From the human T2T-CHM13v2.0 reference genome, Homo sapiens, in NCBI RefSeq assembly GCF_009914755.1, contig NC_060926.1: DNA of 64,000 nt; one strand, 5' to 3'. A program made the position numbers and the translations under genes. Under the pieces are notes generated by a model. It made no database searches. It saw nothing but the letters and a program-made list of their open reading frames with translations, and was not told the DNA's origin. Shown piece after piece: positions 31,701 to 48,918 of the stretch (positions are counted from its first letter, which is position 1; every line of letters begins with the position of its first letter).

Positions 31701-32369
31701 AAGTCTCATAACAGGAATAACACCCTGAAAGCCAAAGTTTTTCACTTGAAATAAAATGAAACTTTTGGAGGGGAGGAAAAAGCAGTTGGGATAGCTCCAA
31801 AGGAAGCCGGGCATTGAGTTTATGCCACAATAGAGTAGAAAAAGAGTAAAAGAAGGCCCAGCCTAGCTCACTGTCAGAATAACAAGATGGAAATTAACTA
31901 GACAGGAGATGATGGGGAAATCTGGAAGGGGTTTGGCCTTAAGTGGAAGTCCCTGAGGGGACCCACGGAGGAAAGTTCAGGACAGCGTTGACATCCTGGT
32001 GAACTCCGTGCTGCCCCAGCAGGACCACATCTGTTCTGCAGTCCAAGCATCTCATTAGGGCTTGGGTGAGCTCTTCACTTTGCCTGTGCTCATGTTCAAC
32101 ACCTTTTTGTGATCTGATGAAGACCTTCCATCAGCAGCTTTCTCTATATCTACTCTAGATCCTCCAGCATAGGTGATTCCTGGTTATGACCTGGGCCTTT
32201 CCAAATTTCCCATCCAAACTTTCAGTAAGGACCTGCCCACTTTAAAGTCTTGGACATGACCCCAAAACAGACAGTGGAGTTTTTAAAGCCCAGAAAGGCA
32301 GTGGCAGTATGGTCAGGAAAGTACTGAACATATGTACTTGGATGGGACTGGACAGTGGCAAAACTGACA

Positions 32370-32565
32370 TCCTTTACATATTAAGAATTTTATTTAATGT
32401 GCACAACAATTCTGTGATGTAGGAATTACCACCTGGCTTTCACACATATGTAAACTGAGGCCCAAAGAGTTTGAATAACTTGTCCACAATCACACCATTG
32501 GTAGTGCCAGAATAAGATGACAAACCTAAGCAGAAATATCTATGATGCCGAGTTGCCTGTTTTTA
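32370..32565 (-). mobile_element. MIR, followed by (GT)n at 32569-32593
   Basis: gtaaactgaggcccaaagagtttgaataacttgtccacaatcacac. Confidence 0.75.
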
Positions 32566-33996
32566 ATAGTGTGTGTGTGTGTGTGTGTGTGTGTATTTGC
32601 ATTTATGATGCATATGGTTCATGCTATTTATGGGCGTTACCAAATAGGTACATGCCTGTCTTTTCTACAGTGAACACATACAAAAATAAACTGGGTCCGT
32701 AACCATCTTCATCTCTTCTTCCTTCTTCCTTCTCTCCTGTCTTTATTCTTTCCTTTCTCTTTTCTCTCCCTGTTTTTCAGGGTCACAGTTCACTGTCAAG
32801 CCAAGGAGAAGAGTGTATTTAGAGCAACACTAATGATTCTGGCCACTAACTGGGAATTTGATCTTCTGGGCTCTTCTCCCAGCTCTCCCATGGTGTGATC
32901 TTAAACTAGATTGAGCTCCTGTTTATCCAACTGTAAAATACAGGTAATACAGTCCTACCTCACAAGGACTGAGAAAGAATACTGTTATGTACAGTGCTTT
33001 ATGACCTACAGATGGAAGGTATAATCAGTGACAACTTCATTATTTTGAAAGTGTTTTCAGATTCATCTTGTCCTCCCCTTTCTCTTGACATCAGTGCTGT
33101 CCTAGAGGTGATGGTGTAAGAATATGCCATCCTTGAACATGCATGGAATTTCAAAAAGCTTATAATTCTTATGTAAAATGGTGAAAGGTACAGTTTTTCT
33201 CCAATACAAGGAAAGCGTATATTTCGATACAATTTTGTTGTCTGAATTTAAGAAATTTGAAAGTCTTAATTACTTTTGAGTATGTGAAAATTAATTTTTA
33301 GAAATTCTCCATAGCCACAGAAAACACAAATCCCACACTCTAATCCCAACCAAGTTATTAATTTCTCAGCAATTCTAGACTGTGTCATTTAATTTCTCAA
33401 AATCAAAATCATATCTTGAGCAAGTTAATGTACCTATTGATTTTAGGTAGACTTGAGCTTTTTTCTTGATTTAAATAATAAACTAGAAAAAAAATGAGTC
33501 AAGAAAAAAATCTGGGTACAGAAACCACATATGATACTTTTCTAGAAGGCGAATGAATGGATGGTGGCTTTGCCAATGTGCTGACTTCTGTCATTTTTAT
33601 GTTCAGTGACAAGCAGCATATGAATGATTCTACTCCGCTGATTCTGGAGAGGACCAAAATGAACAGATTGTCAGAGAGGCAATTCGGCTGGCGTGCCGTT
33701 GCAGCTCACCAGAGTGCCAGCAAAGACTATGAAGAGCAGTGCACTTGTTTATTCCTGAAAATGCACTCGCTTGCCAGAAACTTAATTTTAGCAATTTTAT
33801 AGCCAGCAAATTTAAACATTAATGAGTATAATCATTTTTCATTCTATCTTGGTCAAAGAAGGCCGTATGTTAGAAATATGCATATTTAAAATATGATTTG
33901 GGGCATAGATTTAAAAAAAACATGATAGGAGAGTTTCTCATTCATAAAAAAAAAAAGCAGAAAGTAAGTATAACTACTAAAGTATTCCTCAAACTA

Positions 33997-35194
33997 CAGC
34001 AGTGCATTTTTTTAACAACAGGGATACATTCTGAGAAATGTGTCATTAGGTGATTTCAGCATTGTGCAAATATTATAGAGCGTGCCTACACAAACCTGGA
34101 TGGGAGTAGCCTATCACACACCAAGGCTAGACGGTGTAGCCAATTGCTCCTAGGCTACAAACTTGTGCAGCATGTTACTGTATTGAATACTGTAGGCAAA
34201 TTTTAACACAATGTTAAGTATTTCTGTATCTTAACATATTAAAACACAGAAAAGATACAGTAAAAATACAATATAAAAGACAAAATATGGGACACCTGTG
34301 TAGGGAACTTAGCATGAATGAAGCCTACAGGACTGGAAGTTGCTCTGGGTGAGTCAGTGAGCAAGTGGTGAGTGAATATGAAGGCCTAGGTTATTATTAT
34401 ACATGACTGTAGTCTTTATAAACAGTGCACACTTAGGCTACACTACATTTATTAGACATATTTTTTCAATAATAAATTAACTTTAGCTTACTGTAAACTT
34501 TTACTTTGTAAACTTTACTTTTAAACTTTCTGACTCTTTTGTAATGTCATTTAGCTTAAAACACAAAAACATTGTACGGCCATACAAAACTATTTTTTCT
34601 TTATATCCTTATTTTATAAGCTCTTTTCTATTTAAATTTTCTTCTTTACTTTTCAAACATTTTTGTTAAAAACTGAGACACAAACACACACATTATCATA
34701 GGCTTACATGGGGTCAGGATGATTAATATCACTGTCTTCCACCCCTATGTCTTGTCCAGGTCTTCAGGGCAATATCATACATGGAGCTGTCATCTCCTGT
34801 GATAATGCCTTTTTCTGGATATTTTCTGACAGATCCACCTAAGGCTGTTTTACAGTCAACTTTTTCCTTATATAAGTACTGGATGTATACTCTAAAATAA
34901 TGATTAAAAATATAGTATAGTAAATACATAAGCCAGTAACATAGTTGTTTATTATCATTATCAATTCTTATGTATTATACATATTAATATGTGCTATAGT
35001 TTTATAAGACTGGAAGTACAATAATTTTGTTTATACAAGTATCGTCCTAAATGCATGCAAAATGCATTGTGTGGTGTGACTTAGGATGGCTATGATGTCA
35101 CTAGGTGATATTCAACTTCATTATAATCTTATGAGGCCATGACGTAATAGGTGGTCTGTCAATAAGCAAAATGTTGTTATACAACACATGAATA
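33997..35194 (-). mobile_element. Tigger3b (Golem-derived TcMar DNA transposon), ~1.2 kb
   Basis: TA|cag...aacagggatacattctgagaaatgtgtcattagg; ttgctcctaggctacaaac; right end ttataatcttatg...atgttgttatacaacacatga. Confidence 0.85.
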
Positions 35195-35329
35195 TTTATG
35201 TGTCTAAATTAGATAATTATCATCACGCTGGACTCACAGCTCCTGGTGATAAAGGTTTGAAACCTGGTACTTATTATTAGGCCATTCTCCTTTCACAAAC
35301 AAATACCAGTTTTTGTGTACCATGAATTC

Positions 35330-36080
35330 TACACTTTTAGCATTAGTCAAATCCATCTCTTCTCCATGCCCACTACCTTACTAGAAGGGTTCTGTTATCA
35401 TAGCCTCTTATTTGGTCTCCAGATTCTATCATTCTTCCTTGTTAAATCTTTCTATACTTACTGCCAGACTAATATTTATTAAAACTTCTGTCATCCATAG
35501 CAGTGAAGAGTTTCCAATTTCCTACCAAATAAAGACCAATATCCTAAGTGTGGAACTGAAATATCTCTTCAATCTAATGTCAACTATTATTAAATAACTT
35601 CTAGTTTTATTATTTTTGTTCATGCACATTATACTGCCATAAAACTAAATTAATATAATTCCTTCATAGAATTCCATGCTTTAGTAGTCTTTTTCTCACA
35701 TTCAAACTGTTCCTACTCTTGGAATGTTAACTTCTCCAGTTCTGTATGTCTGGATCCTGCATCTGTCTCTAAAAGCCCAAGCCACACAGCATCTCCATTT
35801 GATGATGAATTGTTGATCACCTCCTGTGTTCTAAGTTCTCTTCCAACTGCTCCAACATAGTACTTTAATTATGTCTACAAATTTAAATAATCTCTTTCTT
35901 CTTTAAATTCCCATGCTATATTCTCAACATTTTTATATGCCTTGTGATATAGTCATGGGTACAGGAGCTCCATTGAGACAATGCAATGAGACATCCCTGA
36001 GACAGTCTGTCAGTTCATAATCTTTATAAGCCTGAGGTCTTCTAGCACATAGTTAGTGCTTTATGAATATTTTTGAATTA
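35330..36080 (+). mobile_element. L2 relic
   Basis: aatccatctcttctccatgcccactac...tagcacatagttagtgctttatgaatatttttgaat. Confidence 0.6.
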
Positions 36081-36554
36081 AGAAAGAATTAAAGACAGAA
36101 CTGTCTATAAGGCACGGGCAGCCTAGAGCAAATGTCTGAAGCCTTGAGTTGTAAAAAGTATGACTTGGGGTGTTTTTCTGGATTTTCTTTTTGTATTGTA
36201 TCAGCCAACCACAATGTAGAATACTATTGCATACCTTTTTAAAAACACATATGGTGACAGTGGAGCAAATGTATTCAGTTTCCCTAAAACTAGAGCTAAT
36301 TTGACATGGCTATGTGTGAATACCTATACCTCAATGTACATACAAAATGTAAATCAAGTTATTTCAGAAAACTTCTATGCAAATTTGTGCTTGAGTAGGT
36401 AAGGGATGAGTAGTTTCTCATTCAGTTTTTATCTATTTAATTTTGTATGTAAAGCATATTTAAATGCATGCATGCATTTCATTTCAATGAAATGGGTAAT
36501 TAAGCACTGTTAATTGTACCACGCTTATACTCGGATTTAATAAGGCCTTGGTGT

Positions 36555-36690
36555 CTACTGAAAATGCAAGTGCTGGTGCCCCACCTCTGACACATGAATT
36601 CCAACTCTCTGTGAATGAGCCCAGAGATCTGTGTTTTAGAAAACTCTTCAGGTGATTCTGATGCATGCTAAAATTTGAAAAGCAGGTTCT
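36555..36690. mobile_element. MER5A-like hAT-Charlie MITE
   Basis: gcccagagatctgtgtttt...caggtgattctgatgcatgctaaaatttgaaaa. Confidence 0.7.
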
Positions 36691-39180
36691 AGAAAGTTAA
36701 AATCCAGAGAAGCTCACTGTATGAGTGAAATCCAACATGTAAATTAAAGGAGAAAACTTAGTGTGCTGTAAGTCAAGGATTATCAGAGTTTAAGGAAAGG
36801 GGAAGAAAGTGTTATTTTATACAAGAAGGATTCAGTTATAATGCATACATTGCTTAGGTTTTAGTCTCACAAAGCCAGCTGATGTCCTTCTGCTGGAGAA
36901 AAAAATAGAATCCTCATGGGACAGGGACTTTAACAGTGTGTTTGTTATTACCCATCTGAACAAGACTGAAAAAACACTACATTTCTCCTTAGCGCTGTAC
37001 TGCTCCCCCTGCCCATATGTTAACAAAACCAAGCCAAGTTAAAGGCATGGCATTCTAAACCACTCTGTAAGTCGTGTAAAGAAAACTTAAAAAGAACTTT
37101 TGCTCTGAGGCTATCCTGTGCTCCTAACTCCTAGAGTAATCCATTTATTGTGAAGTCAGTTTTATTCTTGTCTGCTTTCCAATATAAGTGTTCTTTTATA
37201 AGCCCTCTGTTTAAGACAGTGGATAAAAATCTTACTATTGGTAATGTTTTAATTAGACTTTCCATATTTTGGAGAGTGGTTAACTATTCAGAGGCATAAG
37301 AGTTCTTTATGTGGAAAATTCTCTACGTGTAAAACCAGACCCTGCTGAACTTTGGAAATGTTTGAGTATGCAAAACCAAAAATTTTCATAGTACTCTTTC
37401 TCTCAACTTTTTCTCAGGTTCACACTAATACCCTGCTCAGAAATTTGAATACTTGAAGAAAAAGATTTACCTGACATCAAAGAGTTCAGTACGAAATTCA
37501 ACCACAAAATAGAATAGAGCAACACAGGGAATGGACCCACAAAATAGAAGACAGTGAAAAAACAAAACAAAACAGGAAAACTGAAACAATAAAAACAATG
37601 ACAAGTATTTTCCAATATACGTTATTTTATAAAATGTGCATTCTGCACACATGTCTAAAAATGGAATAATGACAGGATTTGATATATTTTTTCCTTCCCT
37701 TTTTAAAAGTGATAAGATCATACATATGATCACTTTGAAAGAATTTAGGATGGAATGAAAGCAATCTGAACATAAATGAAAAGAAATGTCAATAAATTAA
37801 CCAATAGTTTTCACCTGTCTAAATTTGGATTTTTATACTATAGATTGGAAATACCCGTGTATCATCACCCATTTTTTCAAAGAAAACTATGATTGTTCTT
37901 CGAGATAGCCATATGATTACTCTTAGAAAAGGCAATTAATATATTTTTACTTCTACCAATATTTGAGTTTAGTTTTTCTCTAGATTTTGAGTACTAATTT
38001 CGTTCATCAATTTTGTATGTTGCTTTATTTCTTTCTTAATTTCAGGTGACTGAATTCTCATTATGGATGATATCGGTTGTGCACAGAGAGGAAGAGAAGT
38101 TCATGGCTCAGTGTACTACAGCCCAGCAATGTCGAGGCTCCGAGTGATAAGTATATTTTATATTTCTTGGGAAACCAAGAAAAACTCCAGTAATAGTGCT
38201 GTAGATTATGCTCCTTTGTATAGTGGGTCAGTAATAGTGGGATGGGATGCATTTCACCATATCCCATTTAGCTACGAAATTTTTATTGTTTTCAAATCCT
38301 TGGGTTTAACGGCAAGGGTGGTATTGAGCTCTATGGATGGAAAAGTAACTCCTAATTCTAGGAGAGGTAATGAGTATTTTAATCACTTGAATTTCTACAG
38401 CAAAGTATCACAAGCTTATCCTTTATTTTGTTATACAGATACCATATAATTAGTTTTAATCGCACAATAAGTGATTTTACTTTTTGGTTTTTGCAACTTT
38501 TTATAGTAGAATTTTGAAAAGATTTTTTTCATCAGCAGTGACAGAACATCCCATCAGAATTTATCTTCCTCAGGGAAGCAGAGGCTTATCTTTAAACATT
38601 CACTATTGAATTCAAATAAATATGCTCTGAATTTAGTCTTTAATTATCAGGTGAGAATGTTTACTGCCTTCACGCCAGGTAGGTCATGGTAAAGATGCTT
38701 GCCATTGACCAGCCTCAGTATATCAAACCTTTAAAAATGAACTTTTAAACTAACACTTCCACTTCAACACAGGAGACCAAGAGCAACAGAGAAAATACAG
38801 GAATCCAAAAATTATTTTATTACATGTGACAAATATGAACCTTTTAACAAAATCTCTGTAGGATTATATCAATATAGGAGGTTAAAGATTGCACAGCATT
38901 TTCAATGAATTGGTTGATGACTTTGCATTGCTTTCATTTGAATACATGCAGGTGCGGTGTTGCCAAAATCAATTAATTAAAAAGGGATGTTAATGTGAAA
39001 ATTGAAAGTGGCACTCTCAAAACCTTTCCAACTTCCCAGCTTCCATTTGGAAGGGCATAATTAAATGTATAAATTAAATATCCATAAATGAGGTAGATAT
39101 CGTGTAAAGAAAACTGTGCTTGGAAGAGATACCAGTGTTCTAATTCTGGTTCTGCCACTGAGTTGTAATGCCACCTTGAT

Positions 39181-39705
39181 TGCGACAGTTTTTAAATGTG
39201 CACAAATTCTTGACATGCCTCTCACTGGAAAGTGGACTTTACGTTTTTGTACCTTGAATGTGGGCTGACATTAAGTGACTTCCTTTTAACCATAGAAATG
39301 CGGTGGATGTGACACTCTATAACATTTGAGGCTAGATCAGGAGAGTTCAAGCTTTACCTGAATGAAGTTCGAACTGATTCTCTAGTAGGTGGGGAAGATG
39401 TCTGACCACCTGAGACTGCTATACTCGAGTGGCTAGAGATGGGTGCCCCAGATGATAGCTCCAGCTGAGCCCACAGACAGAGCCAACACTATCTGCCAGC
39501 CATGTGAGGGCACCATCTTGGTTACCCACCAGTCGAGATCCCAAGAAGGACTGTCCAGTCAAGCCCTCCCAAGGTTATGACCCACAAAAATCAAGAGAAA
39601 AATAAAATGATAATTTTATGACCCAAAAAATCAAGAGAAAAATAAAATAATTTTAAGCTGCTACATTCTGAGATTTTTTAAAATGAAGCAGTGGTAACAG
39701 GACCA
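39181..39705 (+). mobile_element. MLT1 (G/H-like) solo LTR nested in a MIR (39110-39180 and 39706-39830)
   Basis: gctccagctgagcccacag...gccagccatgtgag motifs; near-TSD ttgat/ttgac; MIR is collinear on both sides. Confidence 0.7.
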
Positions 39706-41416
39706 TTGACAAATCACTTAACTTATTTATGCCTCAGTTTTTTATTGATAAAATCAATATGATTACTGACCTGTCTGTTTCACAAAGTGTTTGGGAAGAT
39801 GAAGTAAAATAATGCACATGAAACATCTGTGGAAATTCTAGCCCGTTTCTTACGAGCGCAAGGGGCATGTCTTATTTACTTTTGAACTTGTGATGTCCAG
39901 ACTCATGCCTTCCATTAGGCAGGTAATCAGTGCATACTTTCAAAAGTTTTTTTCTATTTGTATTGATTATTCATAATCATTTTGACAAGTAATGAATTTT
40001 GTTTAAGAAATTTTGGAAAGTGCCGAGTATTAAAAAATTAATCTATAGCTCCACTACAAAGACACACCTATTATCATTTCTGCATATTTTATTCCTGTCT
40101 TTAAAAAAAATAGATTATTTTTACTTTGCATATTACTGGGTCCTTACTGGAAAGACTGAGGAGGCATGGCAATCGATCAGAGAGAAATCCCCCTTGGTAG
40201 TACAGACAAGTGTGTGGTGATTGGCTGCCACTTGAGAGAGGTGTAACTTCCCTAGACCTTTCTCACATGTGTAGCTTTCTCACACATGTAGGTACAGGGA
40301 AGAGATAGAATCCTGCACCTTGTGGGAAGATATAAACAGAAAACAACTGCTCTCAAGGATAAGGTCAGGAAATACCAATGGACCCAAGTTCTTCCACTGA
40401 TACAAAGCCAGGATCTTCTGTCACTGTAGAAGAGGTGGGAGAGTTTCCTAACCAAGATCCCCACAGTTACAAGGCAGAGTTTTGCTGCCATGGAGGGCAA
40501 GTGGAGGGTGAACTGAGAAATGTTCTCAGACCAAAACGGGGGCTGGACAAGAAAACAAAACACGATTTTTTCCCCTATCCCCATTCCCACCCCTTCCCTA
40601 CCGTGAGATTAGGTGGCAGTAAGAAGCAAAAAAAAAGTGTATTGCTGGTACAGGAATAATAGGATAGAGAGAGACACACCCCCACACTTCTGACACGAGT
40701 GTGCAGGATCTGCTGAAACCTGAGGATGAGGCAAGACACTGGGAAAACCTGTTTCCCACACTCCACAGGAAATGCCAGGGAATAGCAGCCCACAGCTCAA
40801 GGAATTTGACATTGCTGATGTGCTGACGACCAAAGCGACAAAAACAACAAGTATAAATTGACTCAGCTCACTTCTAGCCACTTCACAGAAGTGTATCTAT
40901 TTCTGGCCATGAGTAGGATTTACCTCAAGCTCTACAAATCATGTGCACATGTTCCACCGCTTACCTCCACATAGAATGGACGAAGGATTTGAATAGATAT
41001 TGCCAAGGAAGAGGTATGGATGGTGACTAAGCATATGGAGAGTGCTCAACATTAGGTATGTCAGAGCCACCTCTGATACTAAATACTAATATACACAGTG
41101 AGTACAGTGACTAAAATTTAAACGAACAGGTGTTGGTGAGGATGCAGAGCAATGGAGACTCATGTATTGCTGATAGGAATGCAAAACATATAGCCACCTT
41201 AGAAAATGATTTGGCAGCTCCTTTTAAAGTTAAAAAAATACACTTACCATCATAAACCAGAAATTTTTACCTAAGAGAAATGGAAACATATGTTTTTACT
41301 AAGACCCAAAAGTGAATGATTTTGTTAACTTTATTTATTTTAGCCCTACACTGGAAACAACTCAAATGTTCATCAACTGGTAAGTGGATAATCGAGTACT
41401 ACTCACAATAAAAAGA

Positions 41417-44040
<2,624 letters not shown>

Positions 44041-45353
44041 CTGCAGTACCAAACAATATGAATAAATCTCAAAATCATAAGGCCGGGTAAAAGAAACCAG
44101 ACACAAAAGGCTCACACTGTATGATTTCATTTATATGACATTCTAGAAAAATTATGAAACAGAATTCGAATAACCCGTTGCCCATGTTGGCGTTGCAGGT
44201 CAGGGATTGACTACCAAAGAACATGAGAAAATTCTTTCAGGTAATTGGAATTTTTGTTTTGATTGTGCTAGTGGTAATTACCTGACTGTATATTTCTGTC
44301 AAAATACTTGTCACCTGAAAAAGGGTACACTTTATTGCATGTAAATTTTTACCACAATAAACCTGAGTTTAAAAAAAAAATCACATAAAACATGGTTTAG
44401 AGCCTTAGGAGAATAGTATGGAAAACTGAAGTGGCAAATCCTATTGTTCGAGTTTTATTTAATGTTGAGATTTTTAAGATGCATTATTTACAGTTCTTTC
44501 CCTTGTGATTTGTAGTCTCTATTTTTCCATAATTACTAAAATATCAAATTTTATTTGCAGCACATTATTGTTCGGTTTTCTTGAATATTTTCTCCTTTTA
44601 GAGAGCCTAATTAATGTCACCGTATTCCATTTAAGAAGCTGTGTCGATAAGAAATGTTTTCACTTCTCTACTTCCCTAGAGGAAACCTACTCACATCAGT
44701 GTTTTTCTCCCTAAGTCTGAAGTTTTGTGAGTCACCTAGTTTACAGGCTTGATGAAATCAGTAGGGCGATATTGAAAGGAATGACATATTGAATCCTTTT
44801 GTAAGTTGTGTATCAATATTTTGTAATATACAGAATTGCCCTTAGCTTATATACTTTTTATTTTTTGCATATTATGATTTCCTTAATGGCAGGTACATCT
44901 AAATATGCTTATGATTCATCAACATACCCAGCATTCAACTTAGAGAGACCCTTAAAGCCACTGGTCACTGGCCTTTTAAACACAGTCAACTCTCCTATTT
45001 CATATAATGGAGACTTCAAGACAAATAATTTCGTGATACTGTCTTTTCCCAAAATTCACTCAGGTGTCTCTCTTGCTGGCATTCTAACCATTATTTTTCT
45101 CTTTACGTGGTCCTCTGATTCCTAAACTTAATACTGGGTTTGTGATCTTTGTGATCTCTTCTTTTGGCCTCCATCTTTGATTTGGCAACCACCTTCTGTG
45201 GAGGACTCCCCTTGTCTCTTGATTCTTGTGTGCTTTTGATTCCCTTGTCTTCCAAAACTGGAGTACAGATGTTTCTTTTTTCCCTTTGACAGAACTTCAG
45301 ACTCATGGAAGTGCTTTACTGGATCCTCTCCCACCCCACAAAATATCCTGGAG

Positions 45354-47107
<1,754 letters not shown>

Positions 47108-47649
47108 CTCTAGAGCTTTGTATACTAAAAGTCTTCAGGCATGATTTAGTTGGTCTCATTGCATTTCTTGAAATTAAACTATAAGTTTCATAAAATTATG
47201 AAACCAAAACTTAGAATTCATCATTTTGCTGATGGAAGTGCTGCTCAAGTGTCAGGAGCACAGACCTTTGCAATGCCTGAGCCTAATGCCTCATGTGTGC
47301 TTGTTCCTTCTCTCTCCTGAGAGTTTCTACCAAATTGCACAGCTTCCTAATGGGGCCTAACTTACATAGCTTGCCTTAAGGCCCCTGGTTCAGAATGGAA
47401 CCTAATAATAGGAGAATTCCATCTCCTTTTGTTAGATGAGACTGAGCAGTAGGAGTTTCTTCTATTCAACTGGTGAGCCCAATGTTCAGTGTTTACCTTG
47501 TGTATCATGTTTATGAGCGTTCCTTAACATGACATAGCCTAAATCGTGATTTTTCTCATAATGGTAAATACACTACCAGTGGGGCACAATTTATAGCTGA
47601 GTACCCCAATTACTTGAAATAATATTGTATCTAGTTGCAAAAAGAAGGA

Positions 47650-48343
47650 GCATACTATAGGATAAATGGTTCAAAGTGAAAAGACACCCAGGAAAAAGAC
47701 CACCTAGAATTTCATATAAAACTAGAAGAAGCTACTCTGGAGGCTAAGACAGGAAAATCGCTTGAACCGGGGAGGCAGATGTTGCAGTGAGCCACCGCCC
47801 TGCACTCCAGCCTGGGTGACAGAGCAAGACTCTCTCTCAAAACAAACAGACAAACAAACAAAATAAAACAAAAAACCCAAAAAACTAGAAGATCTTTGGA
47901 CTCATTCAAATCATCTTTCAGAGGTTGGATTGGGGGAGGAATGATGGGGCATACTATATAGGATAAATGGTTCAAAGTGAAAAGACACCCAGGAAAAAGA
48001 CCACCTAGAATTTCATTTAAAACTAGAAGAAGATCTTTGGTCTCATTCGAATCATCTTTCAGAGGCTGGATTGGGAGAGGAACAATGGGGCATACTATAG
48101 GATAAATGGTTCAAAGTAAAAAGACACCCAGGAAAAAGACCACCTAGAATTTCATTTAAAACTAGAAGATCTTTGGTCTCATTCGAATCATCTTTCAGAG
48201 GTTGGATTGGGAGGCATAGTATAGGATAAATGGTTCAAAGTGAAAAGACACCTAGGACAAAAACTGCCTAGAATTTCATATAAAACTAGAAGATTCTTGG
48301 ATTCATTTAAGTTATCTTTCAGAGGTTGGATTGGGAGAGGAAT
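47650..48343. repeat. Tandem array of four ~124-141 bp units
   Basis: Unit gcatactataggataaatggttcaaagtgaaaagacacccagg...cagaggttggattggg starts at 47650, 47949, 48090 and 48214. Confidence 0.95.
47730..47880 (+). mobile_element. 5'-truncated Alu right-arm fragment in unit 1 of the tandem array
   Basis: agctactctggaggctaagacagg...cctgggtgacagagcaagactc plus (caaa)n tail; TSD aaaactagaaga (47718-47729, 47881-47892). Confidence 0.9.
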
Positions 48344-48374
48344 CCACTCATACACATCTTTGCCTACAGCTACT

Positions 48375-48918
48375 TCTCTTAAACCAACTTTTCTAGAAAG
48401 CAGTGTGAGGCAAAGGCTTATGTATGGATACTTTATACAGAAGAACAATCCCAGGAAATCAGGAGTGAAGGACAAGGGAGCTGAGGCAGGAAAGGTGGAA
48501 GAGCAAATACAGGGAAGTGTTTTAGCCCTCTGGTCACTGCTTGTTACTAGCACACCTGATTGCTTGATCTCATGAGACCATCTTTAGAGAGACCATATGG
48601 AGACCTGCATCAGGATAGCCTGTCTGTGGAAGAGAAAGAATTAACCTGCCGGCTTCTTGATTTCACAGGGGTCAACAGTTCACCCTGCAGTATGTTAAAT
48701 CCCACTGAGCCGGTCCCACATGTCTCATACCTCAGCTGCACCAGGGAAGCCTCAGATCAACAAAGTGTGCAGGGTAGGATTGGGAGTACAGAATTCCTCT
48801 GGTGGTGCACATGAAAATCTGGTTTCTACAGGGACTGAGGAGAAGGACCTTGGTGATAGTTGCAGCTGAGAAGATCTCACATGTTGCATAGGACATGTTG
48901 GACACCCTGGCATCCACA
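48375..48918 (-). mobile_element. LTR33/LTR41-like ERVL LTR relic
   Basis: tgaggcaaaggcttatgt...aatcccaggaaatcaggagtga...gaggcaggaaaggtggaagagcaaatacaggg motifs. Confidence 0.5.

Noticed and set aside
37395-37600. Splice-like signals on both strands (acceptor at 37417 on +; possible 37471-37580 exon on -)
   Set aside because: No consistent partner sites or coding frame; such motifs are frequent by chance in T-rich DNA.
47650-48343. Tandem array as a CRISPR-like locus
   Set aside because: Units repeat over their whole length with no unique spacers, there are no cas genes, and the context is primate.
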